DNA of 64,000 bases from an uncultured Porphyromonadaceae bacterium (GTDB lineage Bacteria; Bacteroidota; Bacteroidia; Bacteroidales; Muribaculaceae), in assembly GCA_947175695.1 (NCBI GenBank), contig CAMWNT010000002.1, forward strand, positions 2,127-66,126. The letters are read 5' to 3'. Made by a program: the position numbers and the translations under genes. This document shows, one piece after another, positions 1 through 9,599 of the stretch (position 1 is its first letter; the number at the start of each line of letters is the position of its first letter). The notes beneath the pieces are model-generated. The model made no database searches and had not been told where the DNA came from. It was given only the letters and a program-made list of their open reading frames with translations.

Positions 1-1423
1 TGCCGGCATCGTCTTTGACCTCGGTCTGGAATTCGGTCATCCATGCGCCGGGAGATTTGCCTGCGCGATAGAAGAAGTCGGCGTAGAGTATGCCGAGGAG
101 CTTCTTGTCGGGACCATATACTTCATAGATTTTCACATCGGGGTGGTAGCCGGGAAGTTCCTTGGTCTCTTTGAATGTATAGCCATAGAGCTTGGTGGCA
201 AGACCGAACACACCCTTGATCGTGTTGTTGAGCTCGAAATAGGGCTTCATGTCTTCGTCGTTGAATGCGTATTTTGCATTCTTCATGCGGTCGCTCCAAT
301 AGCTGTAGTCCCATGCCTCGAGTTTGAAATCGGGGCCTTCTGTCTGGCGGGCGAAGTTTTGGATTTCGTCGATTTCAGCCTGCATGGCGGGATAGTAGGC
401 TTCGCGGAGTTCGTTGAGCATTCCATAGACTGTGTCGGGGTTGCCGGCCATTGTGTGCTTCAACGCGTAATCGGCATACGACGGATGACCGAGAAGTTGC
501 GCGAGTTCGAGGCGCACATTGGCGATATCTTTCAGCAGAGCGACATTGGAGAATTCCCCGTCGACATTGCGCGAATTGTAGAGCTGATACATCTGCTTGC
601 GCAGGTCGCGGTCTTCAGCATATTTGATGAAGGGGGAATATGAGGGCATATACACAGTGAAGAGGTAGAGCGATTCGTCGTCGGCTTTTCCGTCGGCTTC
701 GAGAGCCTCTTTGGCGTCGTGACGCGCGGCCTCTTTGATAGCTTCGGGCAGTCCGGCGAGCTGATCGGCCTTAAGCCAAAGACGCTTTGAGGGATCTTTC
801 ATCCCGTTGGCGAGGTTTTGGGCGAATTTGACATTGAGTTCGGAAAGCTCGGCGTTGAGCCGACGGTATTTGTCGCGGTCTTCACCTTTGAGCGCCGCGC
901 CGTTGTCGGCGAATGAGATGTAGGTTTCGCTGAGGAGTCGCTGATCTTCGGGAGTCAGACCGGTCAGCGATTCGCGATTGTCATAGACAGTCTTGATGCG
1001 ATTCCAGAGAGCTTCGTTGAGCATCATCGAGGCTTCGTGTTCGGAAAGCGCGGGAGTGACGTTCTGGAGAGCCTCCATAAGATCTTCGCTGCCGAGGGCA
1101 TGCTCGAGATTGCCGAGAGCGAGCACAGCGCGGCTGAGTTCGTCGCCGGAGCGTTCGAGAGCCACGATTGTGTTTTCAAATGTGGGAGCTTCGGGATTGG
1201 ATGTGATCTCGGCGATACGCTCGTTCTGAAGTGCGATGGCTTCAGTGACGGCTTTTTCGTAGTCGGCTGCGGTCAGTCGGTCGAAGGGGATTGCGCCGTA
1301 GGGAAGAGTCCGGGTTTGGAACAGCACACTCTGCGGGGTCGATGCTGCGAGTGCGATTCCGGCTTGGGGGGTAAATGCCATAAGCGAAAGGGCGGTGAGT
1401 CCGCCGGCTAAAAATTTGTTCAT
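1..1423 (-). CDS. dcp: M3A metallopeptidase (peptidyl-dipeptidase Dcp-like), 3' end runs off the window
   Basis: Not in the ORF track; translated by hand: MNKFLAGGLTALSLMAF (signal peptide)...PTFENTIVALE...WDYSYWSDRMK...KPYFELNNTIKGVFGLATKLYG...YADFFYRAGKSPGAWM. Alternative ATG at 1429. Confidence 0.85.
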   Translation of the reverse strand, partial: MNKFLAGGLTALSLMAFTPQAGIALAASTPQSVLFQTRTLPYGAIPFDRLTAADYEKAVTEAIALQNERIAEITSNPEAPTFENTIVALERSGDELSRAVLALGNLEHALGSEDLMEALQNVTPALSEHEASMMLNEALWNRIKTVYDNRESLTGLTPEDQRLLSETYISFADNGAALKGEDRDKYRRLNAELSELNVKFAQNLANGMKDPSKRLWLKADQLAGLPEAIKEAARHDAKEALEADGKADDESLYLFTVYMPSYSPFIKYAEDRDLRKQMYQLYNSRNVDGEFSNVALLKDIANVRLELAQLLGHPSYADYALKHTMAGNPDTVYGMLNELREAYYPAMQAEIDEIQNFARQTEGPDFKLEAWDYSYWSDRMKNAKYAFNDEDMKPYFELNNTIKGVFGLATKLYGYTFKETKELPGYHPDVKIYEVYGPDKKLLGILYADFFYRAGKSPGAWMTEFQTEVKDDAG

Positions 1424-1602
1424 ATTCATTCTATTAAAGTTCGGAAGAGGACTTTTGTTCATCCCTCCCTCCGAATTTCCATTGAATTGAAGTTTGCTAA
1501 AGTTTGCTAAGCTATGGTTATGACGACGGGCGGTTGACGATTTTCTGTCAGCCGCCCGCCGTTTTTATCGACGTTATCTTTGAGATTTTATTCTTTTATG
1601 TG

Positions 1603-1627
1603 TCATTCACTCAAAGAGGATTTTTCG
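1603..1627 (+). repeat. Internal fragment of the MITE-like element
   Basis: TCATTCACTCAAAGAGGATTTTTCG is identical to 31087-31111. Confidence 0.8.
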
Positions 1628-1648
1628 GGAGTTGCCGGTAGCCCGGGG

Positions 1649-4468
1649 TTATTCAGCGGAAGCACCGTCAAGAATAACCTGCAGGCGATTCTTACCGTTA
1701 TAGACATCCTTGATGTAGGCATTGAACTCTTCGAGCGTAATGCTTTCGAGGAGAGCCTTTTTGCCGGAAAGGAGGTTATAACCGCGCTCTACCGACATGA
1801 GGCCCTGAAGCCAATAGTCGTTGTCGCGGGCGAGGATGTCGCATTGTGCGATGGCTGCCTCTTTCACCTTGCTGAATTCTGTGGCGTCGGTGCCATCGGC
1901 AAGGAGTTCGAGAGTCTCTTTGTGGGCGCGCTCGATCAGACGCTGAGCCATTTCGCCGTTGGTCTGGAACATGTAGATCAACTGCCACTGACCGGAGCAG
2001 GGGATCATGTTCGCACCAACCTGAGCGCCATACGTGCCACCCTCTTCTTCGCGAAGTGTCGTTGTGAATTTATTGTCGAGCACATCGGCGAGCAGGCCGA
2101 GCATCACGTCGTTGCGGAGGTTGTATTCGAGGTTGGAATCGCTGTAGGAGTCATAGACCACTACGGTCGGAGTCTGCATCTTGACTTCAAGCTTGCGATT
2201 GATATCGCCGCCGGCGAGCGCGATGGGGTTAAGCACTTTGACCTTGTCTTTCTTGCCTTTCGAGGGGAGTGTGGCGACATACTGTTCGAGCAGGGCGCGG
2301 AAGGCGGGAATATCGACATTGCCGACCACCACCATCTCATAGTTGGCGGCATTGGCTGTGGCATCCTTGATCATCTTGAACGCTTCGGGATAAGAAACTT
2401 TGCGCACGGCTTCGGCGTCGAGAGTTTCCATAGCCGGGTTGTTGCCCCACTGAGCGGATTTGAGAGCCTGGCTGAACTTGAACATCGGGTCATTGGCCTG
2501 CATCTCAAGCATCTTGATCGCTTTGTCGATCGTGGTGTTGAACTGCGCTTCGTTGGGATTGAGATCGGTAAAGCTTGCGTAAAGGAGTTCCATCAGAGTC
2601 GGAAGGTCTTTCACTGTGCTCTTGCCGATGAAAGAGAGAGTCTGCATGCCGACACTCATGCCGAGCTGCACTTTCTTGCCGGCGAGATATTTGCGCAGTT
2701 TGACGGGATCGAACGTACCAAGATTTGACTGCTCGTAGGCGTCGTCGAGCGCCTGCACATTGTAGGCCTGAGCCACCGGGTAGTTGACCTTGCCACCCTC
2801 ACGCCACATCATGAAGCTGACTTCATCGGCTGCGAAGTCGGTGGGCTTGACCACTACCTTCACGCCGTTGGAAAGCATGAATTCAGTGGTGCCGAATTCA
2901 GCGTTTTCAGTCTGCGACTTAACCTTGCCGGATTTCGGGAGCTTTGCAATCAGGGGATCTGTGATCTGCTCGTCGACATAGGCAGTATACTGAGCGTTGA
3001 GCACTTCCTGCAGAGCGGCGAGCATGGTTTCCTTCTCGGGAAGCACGGAGCCCTCCTTCTGAGGCTGAGCCACTACGATAACTTCGTTTTCGGGAGTAAG
3101 CAAGCCTTTGACCATAGCGTTGACGGCTTCGGCGGGGAACATCGGAAGCAACTGGTTGACCAAGTTGTATTCGGTCTCGATGCCGGGCATCGGGTCGTTG
3201 TCGATAAAGTGGCGGATGAGCTCTTTGGCGAGCGATTCGGTCGATGTCTTGTCGCGCTCGTTGTAGAGTTTTTCGTAGCTTGAGAGGAGTTCGCTGTCGA
3301 CGCGTTCGAGCTCGGAATCGGTGAAGCCGGTCTGGCATGCGCGGCTGACGATTGCCATAGCGTCCGACATGGCTTCTTTAGCGTCAGACTTCGCAATGAC
3401 TCTAACAGTGAACGATCCTTTGGTCTTCGACACGTAGAAGTCGCCGAAGTTAACGCCTGCATATACATATTTGCAGTCGGGATTTTCGGCATATTCCTTC
3501 AGTCGGTTGTTGATCAACATTGCGATGACCGTGGGGAGGAGCGTGTCCTGGACGTAGGCCTGCACAGTGTTGCGAATCTCAAAGGGAGTCTTGTCGAATT
3601 TGAAGTCGATTGTGACCATCGAGAACTGCAACTCGGGGTCTTCGAAAGTGACGTAGATCGGCTCCTTATTGTCGCTGACAGCCGGATATGTACGTTCGGC
3701 CGCGTTCTCGGGCATCGGGATAGCGGAGAAAAGTTCCACCACTTTCTTTTCCATCACATCAGCATCGAAATCGCCGACAACGACAATGCCCTGTTGGTCC
3801 GGACGATACCATTTGTGATAGTAGTCGCGGAGAGCCTGGGGCTTGAAGTTCATCACAACGTCCATGCTGCCGATCGGCATCTGCTCGTATTGATACTCTT
3901 CATAAATCTGGGGCAGAATTGCAGTGTACATTCTGTTGGCGGCATCACGACGCGAACGCCATTCCTCCTGGATCACACCGCGTTCGGCGTCGATCTCGGT
4001 CTCTTCAAGAAGGATATTGCAGCTCCAGTCGCGGAGTGCGAGCAGCACGCTGTCCATGAGCGCGACATCAGAAGTCGACACATTGTCGATGTTATAGACG
4101 GTCTCGTCGAAGCCGGTGTAGGCATTGATGTCGGCACCGAAGCGGATACCCTTCGACTGAAGATAGTTGAGAAGGTCCTTGCCGGGATAGGTGGTTGTGC
4201 CGTTGAACGCCATATGCTCGAGGAAGTGAGCGAGGCCGAGCTGTTCGGGAGTTTCGAGAGTTGAGCCAACCTTCTGTGCGATATAGAAATTCGCACGACC
4301 TTTGGGTTCTTCATTGTGAAGCACGTAATAGCTGAGGCCGTTGGGAAGCACTCCGCTACGCACCCCCTCTTTCAGCGGGAGCGGGAGCGGCTGCTCCTGC
4401 GCTTGCGCATTGATTCCCGTCAGAATGGCGACGAGAGCCAACACTAAGGAAAACACGTTCTTTTTCAT
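1649..4468 (-). CDS. M16 family zinc peptidase (PqqL-like), secreted
   Basis: 939 aa, signal peptide, inverted zinc motif GLAHFLEHMAFNG, INAYTGFDETVY. Confidence 0.92.
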   Translation of the reverse strand: MKKNVFSLVLALVAILTGINAQAQEQPLPLPLKEGVRSGVLPNGLSYYVLHNEEPKGRANFYIAQKVGSTLETPEQLGLAHFLEHMAFNGTTTYPGKDLLNYLQSKGIRFGADINAYTGFDETVYNIDNVSTSDVALMDSVLLALRDWSCNILLEETEIDAERGVIQEEWRSRRDAANRMYTAILPQIYEEYQYEQMPIGSMDVVMNFKPQALRDYYHKWYRPDQQGIVVVGDFDADVMEKKVVELFSAIPMPENAAERTYPAVSDNKEPIYVTFEDPELQFSMVTIDFKFDKTPFEIRNTVQAYVQDTLLPTVIAMLINNRLKEYAENPDCKYVYAGVNFGDFYVSKTKGSFTVRVIAKSDAKEAMSDAMAIVSRACQTGFTDSELERVDSELLSSYEKLYNERDKTSTESLAKELIRHFIDNDPMPGIETEYNLVNQLLPMFPAEAVNAMVKGLLTPENEVIVVAQPQKEGSVLPEKETMLAALQEVLNAQYTAYVDEQITDPLIAKLPKSGKVKSQTENAEFGTTEFMLSNGVKVVVKPTDFAADEVSFMMWREGGKVNYPVAQAYNVQALDDAYEQSNLGTFDPVKLRKYLAGKKVQLGMSVGMQTLSFIGKSTVKDLPTLMELLYASFTDLNPNEAQFNTTIDKAIKMLEMQANDPMFKFSQALKSAQWGNNPAMETLDAEAVRKVSYPEAFKMIKDATANAANYEMVVVGNVDIPAFRALLEQYVATLPSKGKKDKVKVLNPIALAGGDINRKLEVKMQTPTVVVYDSYSDSNLEYNLRNDVMLGLLADVLDNKFTTTLREEEGGTYGAQVGANMIPCSGQWQLIYMFQTNGEMAQRLIERAHKETLELLADGTDATEFSKVKEAAIAQCDILARDNDYWLQGLMSVERGYNLLSGKKALLESITLEEFNAYIKDVYNGKNRLQVILDGASAE

Positions 4469-4630
4469 AATCTATGGTGTTAAAGTTAGATTTTTCAGTG
4501 GTCGGCTCCAGATGGAATATGCCTCGCTTTGCGGCGCGCCCTCCTATCGGAGCAAATTTTTCTCAAAGATAGTAAATTATCTTTAAATTCAGCTTTCTCT
4601 GCCGGCTTTTTTCAATCTGCCGAGAATCCA

Positions 4631-4756
4631 ATCACCCGAATAACTCGGATAACTCGAAGCGCCAAGATAGCTAAATTAGCTATCATAGCTACTTTAGCTA
4701 TCTCAGCGATCTCAATTATATCAGCTAATTTAGCGATATCAGCTAATTAAGCTATC
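4631..4756. repeat. Degenerate 9-bp-period tandem array (14 units) with internal palindromes
   Basis: ATCACCCGA ATAACTCGG ATAACTCGA AGCGCCAAG ATAGCTAAA TTAGCTATC ATAGCTACT TTAGCTATC TCAGCGATC TCAATTATA TCAGCTAAT TTAGCGATA TCAGCTAAT TAAGCTATC. Confidence 0.8.
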
Positions 4757-4789
4757 TCCCCTTGAGCCATCCCCGAAAATTCCACACCG

Positions 4790-4821
4790 CAAATTTAGCG
4801 CTTATTTTTTATTTTACCAAA
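4790..4821 (-). promoter_or_regulatory. Bacteroidetes housekeeping promoter (-33/-7)
   Basis: Minus strand TTTG-N20-TAAATTTG; a second -7 element TATCTTTG lies at 4564-4571. Confidence 0.65.
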
Positions 4822-4954
4822 TATATTTATCGTTTTTCGATAATTTTTTGCCGACTTATTGCCGACTATCCCCTCTTCGATCACAGTCGGATCGGCGCCG
4901 GATAGGCTCCTCTCGAAGACGATCTGACGAGAATAGCCGGCTCCATAGACGAGC

Positions 4955-4993
4955 AAAACCGTGCAGCTGTCGGAATTTCCGGCAACTACACGG
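4955..4993 (-). terminator. Intrinsic terminator of the minus-strand operon ending in ygfA
   Basis: Minus strand CCGTGTAGTTGCCGGAAATTCCGACAGCTGCACGG followed by TTTT. Confidence 0.6.
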
Positions 4994-5049
4994 CATCACC
5001 CTAATAAATAATAGAAAATCTTTGGGTCGGTCGATGAGTCGGCGCGCCA

Positions 5050-5595
5050 CTACCCGATGTGGATGGTCGTTGTCTGCGTGATGACGTAGTCGACCGGCAC
5101 ATCATGCGGCTCGGCGGGTATGGAGTCAACAAGCTGAAACTCATAGCCTACGCCGATCTTTGTAGCTCGGGCTTCGGCAAGTAGCCGATCGTAGAAACCC
5201 TTTCCTCGACCAAGGCGGTTGCCACTGCGATCGTAGGCCACGGCGGGCACGATGATCAGTTCGATCTCCGAAGGGTCGACAGTATCGTCGCCCGTCGGCT
5301 CTTCGATATGAAACGACCCGAGCTCGAGCCGCGACTCATCGTAGGGGAGGATATCCAGATTGACCCCGTTGACACGAGGCAGGAAAAAATGCTTCTTTGC
5401 GCTCCATTTCTTGAGAAATGCACGCGTAGAGAGTTCATCCGGGAGCGAATGATACATAAGCACTTTGTCGGCCATCAAAAAGGGGGCCGTGCGCTCAAGG
5501 CGCGCAAACACCTCTTCGGCCGCCGCTATACGCTCTTCCTGCGAGAGCATCTCGCGCAGAGCCTTTATCTTGCGTCTTATATCTCTTTTTTCCAT
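5050..5595 (-). CDS. ygfA: 5-formyltetrahydrofolate cyclo-ligase
   Basis: IIVPAVAYD, RLGRGKGFYDRLL, EPHDVPVDYVIT motifs. Confidence 0.93.
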   Translation of the reverse strand: MEKRDIRRKIKALREMLSQEERIAAAEEVFARLERTAPFLMADKVLMYHSLPDELSTRAFLKKWSAKKHFFLPRVNGVNLDILPYDESRLELGSFHIEEPTGDDTVDPSEIELIIVPAVAYDRSGNRLGRGKGFYDRLLAEARATKIGVGYEFQLVDSIPAEPHDVPVDYVITQTTTIHIG

Positions 5596-5649
5596 ATCGG
5601 AATGGCGTTTATGTTATATAAGCAACTACACGCGGCGAGCCCGGATGGT

Positions 5650-7308
5650 TCACTTGCCCGCTTTGCGTTTTTCGACAGTGACTGTCTCTTCTTCTACTAT
5701 GACCGACGGAGATTTCCCCTCTTGCAGTAGTTTCACAGCCTTCTCCACAACCGGATCATTTTCATTGAGCATCTCGATGAATGCGGAGTATCCGATGATG
5801 TCGCGAGCCAGTACGGCCTTGATCTGAGATATTATCAGGTCGCGGCTGCGACGGATGTAATACCATCGGGCCGGAACGCCGTTGGCCGCCGCATATTCTA
5901 CAAATCCTTCAAGCAGAGTATTGTCGCGCGGAAGCACTTTCTTAAGCTGATCGAGAGTCTTGGCGTTTTTCAGCACCTGACGGTAGTTGTCGGCTACTTT
6001 CAACGCGTATTTCTGGAATAGCCCGGCATTGGCAACCTGAATATAGTATGACGTAATTCCGGTTGTGTCTTCCGGCACAAAGACGTCGGGCATGATTCCG
6101 CCACCGCCGTAGACAGTGCGGCCGTGGACGGTCGTGAACATCTTCGATTTGTCGAGTTTGATGCTGTCTTGACTGTAGAATTCCCCGCGCTGGAAGCGAC
6201 GCAGAATGTCGGTGTCGTAGTCTTCGATGCCTGTCGATTTATAGTCTTTCTGGATCGAACGGCCCGAAGGGGTATAGTAGCGGGCGATCGTCAGTCGGAT
6301 CGCACTGCTGTCGGGGAGCATAGTCTGGTTTTGCACAAGGCCCTTGCCGAATGTGCGGCGGCCGACGATAAGGCCGCGGTCGTTGTCCTGGATCGCACCC
6401 GAGAAGATCTCGGAAGCGGATGCGGAATATTCATCGGTCAGCACCACGAGTTGCGAATCCTTGAAAGGACCGTCATACTCCGCGAGGGCTATCGACTCAT
6501 ATTCGGGCATCTTTCCTTTGGTGTAGACAATCGCGTCGCCGCGACGCAGGAATTCCTGGGCCATGAGTATCGCCTGATCCATATAGCCTCCGGAGTTGCC
6601 GCGCAGATCGATCACATAGCTTTTGCAGTTCTGCAGTTTGAGCGCGAGCAGAGCATTGTGGAATTCTTCGGCTGTGGTGCGTGCGAATTTGCTGACTCTG
6701 ACATAACCTGTCGAGTCATTGATCGCATACACGCAGTCGACGCTGTGGTTGGGTACATCGCCGCGCACGACATCATATTTCAGAGGCTCACGCGATGTAG
6801 AGCGGAGCACTTCCAGAGTGACTTTCGTGCCCTTCTTTCCTCGCAGATGCTTGAACACATTTTCATTGGTGGCGTTCTTTCCGGTCAGGTCGACAGTGTC
6901 GGCGCGCAAGATGCGGTCGCCGGCCTGCAGGCCGACTTTCTCCGCCGGGCCGCCGGCCACTACCTCAAGAATATTGACAGTGTCGTTGACAATCTGAAAC
7001 GACACTCCCACTCCGCTGAACGAACCTTCGAGATCATCGTTGACCGTCTGGAAGTCGGATGCGGGAATATATGCCGAGTGCGGATCGAGGATTTCGAGCA
7101 GTCTTGGATAGAGCTGCTCGTAGATGGAGTCCATGTCGACTTCATCGACATATTCTTCATCGATCATTCTCAGGATGGTGCGCAATTTTTCTTCCTGCAT
7201 CGAGCGTGATGAAGAATACATATAGCGCCCCATCCATAAGCCGCCGATTATACCGACCGCGAATACGATCGGCACAACCACCATTGAAAGTTTTCTCTTT
7301 TTTACCAT
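5650..7308 (-). CDS. S41 carboxyl-terminal processing protease (CtpA/Prc family) with PDZ domain
   Basis: LDPHSAY, DLRGNSGG, SASASEIFSGAIQD, TFGKGLVQ; N-terminal membrane anchor. Confidence 0.93.
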   Translation of the reverse strand: MVKKRKLSMVVVPIVFAVGIIGGLWMGRYMYSSSRSMQEEKLRTILRMIDEEYVDEVDMDSIYEQLYPRLLEILDPHSAYIPASDFQTVNDDLEGSFSGVGVSFQIVNDTVNILEVVAGGPAEKVGLQAGDRILRADTVDLTGKNATNENVFKHLRGKKGTKVTLEVLRSTSREPLKYDVVRGDVPNHSVDCVYAINDSTGYVRVSKFARTTAEEFHNALLALKLQNCKSYVIDLRGNSGGYMDQAILMAQEFLRRGDAIVYTKGKMPEYESIALAEYDGPFKDSQLVVLTDEYSASASEIFSGAIQDNDRGLIVGRRTFGKGLVQNQTMLPDSSAIRLTIARYYTPSGRSIQKDYKSTGIEDYDTDILRRFQRGEFYSQDSIKLDKSKMFTTVHGRTVYGGGGIMPDVFVPEDTTGITSYYIQVANAGLFQKYALKVADNYRQVLKNAKTLDQLKKVLPRDNTLLEGFVEYAAANGVPARWYYIRRSRDLIISQIKAVLARDIIGYSAFIEMLNENDPVVEKAVKLLQEGKSPSVIVEEETVTVEKRKAGK

Positions 7309-7330
7309 TTGCTAAGTGATCGGTCGGCTA

Positions 7331-7759
7331 TCACTCGTCGACCGGGAGATAGAGGGTCTCGACCCCTGCGTCGCGCAGAAGGTCGAGGCCGTCGGTGATT
7401 CTATAGAGTTCGGAAAATACGACACGACGGATTCCGGCCTGAATGATGAGCTTCGAGCATTCCATGCAGGGGGAAGCGGTGATATAGAGTGTCGATCCTT
7501 CGGAGGAATTGTTGCTCCGCGCCACTTTCGTGATTGCGTTGGCCTCGGCATGAAGCACATAAGGGAAGGTCGTGCCCTCGGGGTCTTCACACACGTTGTC
7601 GAATCCGGAGGGTGTGCCGTTATACCCGTCGGATATGATCATTTTGTCTTTGACCAGCAACGCGCCTACGCGCCTACGCCGGCAATATGAGTTTTCGCTC
7701 CATATACGCGCCATCCGGAGATAGCGCCGGTCGAGCACGAGTTGCTTATCGTCGTCCAT
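7331..7759 (-). CDS. dCMP deaminase (ComEB-like)
   Basis: GYNGTPSG, HAEANAI, PCMECSK zinc motifs; start reassigned to ATG 7759 (MDDDKQL). Confidence 0.9.
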   Translation of the reverse strand: MDDDKQLVLDRRYLRMARIWSENSYCRRRRVGALLVKDKMIISDGYNGTPSGFDNVCEDPEGTTFPYVLHAEANAITKVARSNNSSEGSTLYITASPCMECSKLIIQAGIRRVVFSELYRITDGLDLLRDAGVETLYLPVDE

Positions 7760-7852
7760 ATTTTCTGAGATTATGAATCGTTGGTTGGATTTGTCTTCGC
7801 GCTCGCGAAGCGCCTGCAGACGCTTCGCAGTGCGCAAGCCGGATGATCCGGA

Positions 7853-8785
7853 TCAATGCTCCATCAGGAAGCGCTCGGCGTCGAGGGCGGCGCGGCAACC
7901 TGTGCCTGCGGCGGCGATCGCCTGGCGATAGATGGGATCGGCGCAGTCGCCGGCGGCAAACACTCCTTCTACATTTGTGCGTGTGGTCGGAGCTTTGGTG
8001 ATGATGTAGCCCTCGGCGTCAAGATCGATCTGTCCGCGGAAGATGTCGGTGTTGGGTTTATGACCGATTGCAAGGAAGAATCCGTCGATCTCTATGTCGA
8101 AGAAGTCCTCCTGCGGAGTGCCCTTGAACTGCACGATCTTGGCACCCTCGACACCATCTTCGCCAAAGAGTCCGACAGTGTTGCAGTTGAAGAGGATTTC
8201 GATATTCTCTTTTTCGCGCACTCTGCGCTGCATGACTTCGCTCGCGCGGAGATAATCCTTGCGCACAATGAGATAGACCTTCTTTGCGAGCGTCGCAAGA
8301 TAGAGCGCCTCTTCGCAGGCTGTGTCGCCGCCACCTACGACAGCCACATTCTTTTTGCGATAGAAGAAGCCGTCGCATGTGGCGCAGGCGCTGACTCCGA
8401 GTCCGCGATATTTCTCTTCGTCGGAGAGTCCGAGATATTTTGCCGACGCGCCGGTGGATATGATGACCGTCTCGGCCATGACGGTGTTGCCGTCTTCATC
8501 GACCACTTTGAACGGACGGCTCGAGAAGTCGACTTCGGCGATTGTCTTCGGACGGATTTCCGCGCCGAAGCGCTCGGCCTGGCGACGGAGCTGGTCCATC
8601 ATCTCGGGACCCTGGATTCCCTCGGGATATCCGGGGAAGTTTTCGATCTCGGTGGTCTGTGTGAGCTGGCCGCCGGGCTGGTTGCCTTCATACACAACCG
8701 GATTGAGATTGGCACGCGATGCGTAGATAGCCGATGTGTATCCGGCCGGGCCGCTTCCTATGATCAATACTTTTACTGTTTCCAT
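7853..8785 (-). CDS. trxB: Thioredoxin reductase
   Basis: GSGPAG, CATCDG, GGGDTA, FAAGD. Confidence 0.96.
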   Translation of the reverse strand: METVKVLIIGSGPAGYTSAIYASRANLNPVVYEGNQPGGQLTQTTEIENFPGYPEGIQGPEMMDQLRRQAERFGAEIRPKTIAEVDFSSRPFKVVDEDGNTVMAETVIISTGASAKYLGLSDEEKYRGLGVSACATCDGFFYRKKNVAVVGGGDTACEEALYLATLAKKVYLIVRKDYLRASEVMQRRVREKENIEILFNCNTVGLFGEDGVEGAKIVQFKGTPQEDFFDIEIDGFFLAIGHKPNTDIFRGQIDLDAEGYIITKAPTTRTNVEGVFAAGDCADPIYRQAIAAAGTGCRAALDAERFLMEH

Positions 8786-8880
8786 TGTCGTTTTATTTCT
8801 GATGTTTTTCTGATATTAAGTTGGTAAAGTTGTTGTTTTCTGACGAGTTATATCACTCCTGACTCTTCAAGAAACGATTT

Positions 8881-8935
8881 AAATTTAACTCGATTAAATA
8901 GAAGCCGTTTTTGTGAGAGGATCTTTTCTGACGCG
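8881..8935 (+). repeat. Degenerate end fragment of the MITE-like element
   Basis: AATTTAACTCGATTAAATA...GAGAGGATCTTTTC resembles the reverse complement of 31200-31247. Confidence 0.5.
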
Positions 8936-9559
8936 TCATCTAAGGTCGGTCACAGTCACTCCGGGATAGCTTTTCTTCGGAAAGGTGAACGACCCGTCGG
9001 CTATAGCCGCATTCAGCGTCATGCTTTTGATCGTCACCGTATAGACTTCGCTACCCGTAGCAATTCGCAGGCTCTTGGGGAGCTTGGTGGATGAATTGAC
9101 TGTCACTTTGACCGATTTGACGCCTGACGCGCGCTTTTTCGGAGTGAGCACAAAGACGTTCTCTCCCGCCTTACCCTTTTCGGTTGCCACATTATAGTCG
9201 GCATAGGTGGAGAGATAAAGCAAGGGGTTGGTTTCGGCAAGTTCGCTTTTGGTCGGGATCCACATTGTGGCCTCGCCATTGGCCTTGGAGTAGGTGGTCA
9301 GCGTCTTGCCGTCGTACCATGAGCCGGCACCTGCCATTGTGATCGAGAATTTGGAGCCTTTCGACAGTAGTGTGCCGCCGACCGTGTGGCCGCCGGCAGT
9401 AGTTGTGAATTGCGCCTTTACACTCTTGGCCGCCGCGAGCTTGTCGACAGTAGCCTTGAGTTCGGCTGCCGGGGTGGCGGCCGCCGAAGGGAGCGCGATT
9501 ATGAGCGCCACTATAAGCAGCGTCCATTTCAATATATGTCGCATTTTATTGCTGTTCAT
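8936..9559 (-). CDS. lolA: LolA-like outer-membrane lipoprotein carrier
   Basis: Signal peptide, WYDGKTLTTY, ETNPL, C-terminal FTFPKKSYPGVTVTDLR; ftsK-lolA-trxB order typical of Bacteroidetes. Confidence 0.8.
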   Translation of the reverse strand: MNSNKMRHILKWTLLIVALIIALPSAAATPAAELKATVDKLAAAKSVKAQFTTTAGGHTVGGTLLSKGSKFSITMAGAGSWYDGKTLTTYSKANGEATMWIPTKSELAETNPLLYLSTYADYNVATEKGKAGENVFVLTPKKRASGVKSVKVTVNSSTKLPKSLRIATGSEVYTVTIKSMTLNAAIADGSFTFPKKSYPGVTVTDLR

Positions 9560-9599
9560 ATTAATTTTGATTTATTCGACTTGAAGGATCACGCGGCGC

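Noticed and set aside
4529-4750. 73-aa ORF with ITRITR/AISAIS repeats
   Set aside because: It is a product of the 9-bp array, with a TTG start and no coding support.
5596-5649. 6S RNA upstream of ygfA, and a second Cur box (TATGTTATATAAGCAA, 5610-5625)
   Set aside because: The gap is only 54 bp, too small for 6S RNA; the putative box matches one half-site only.
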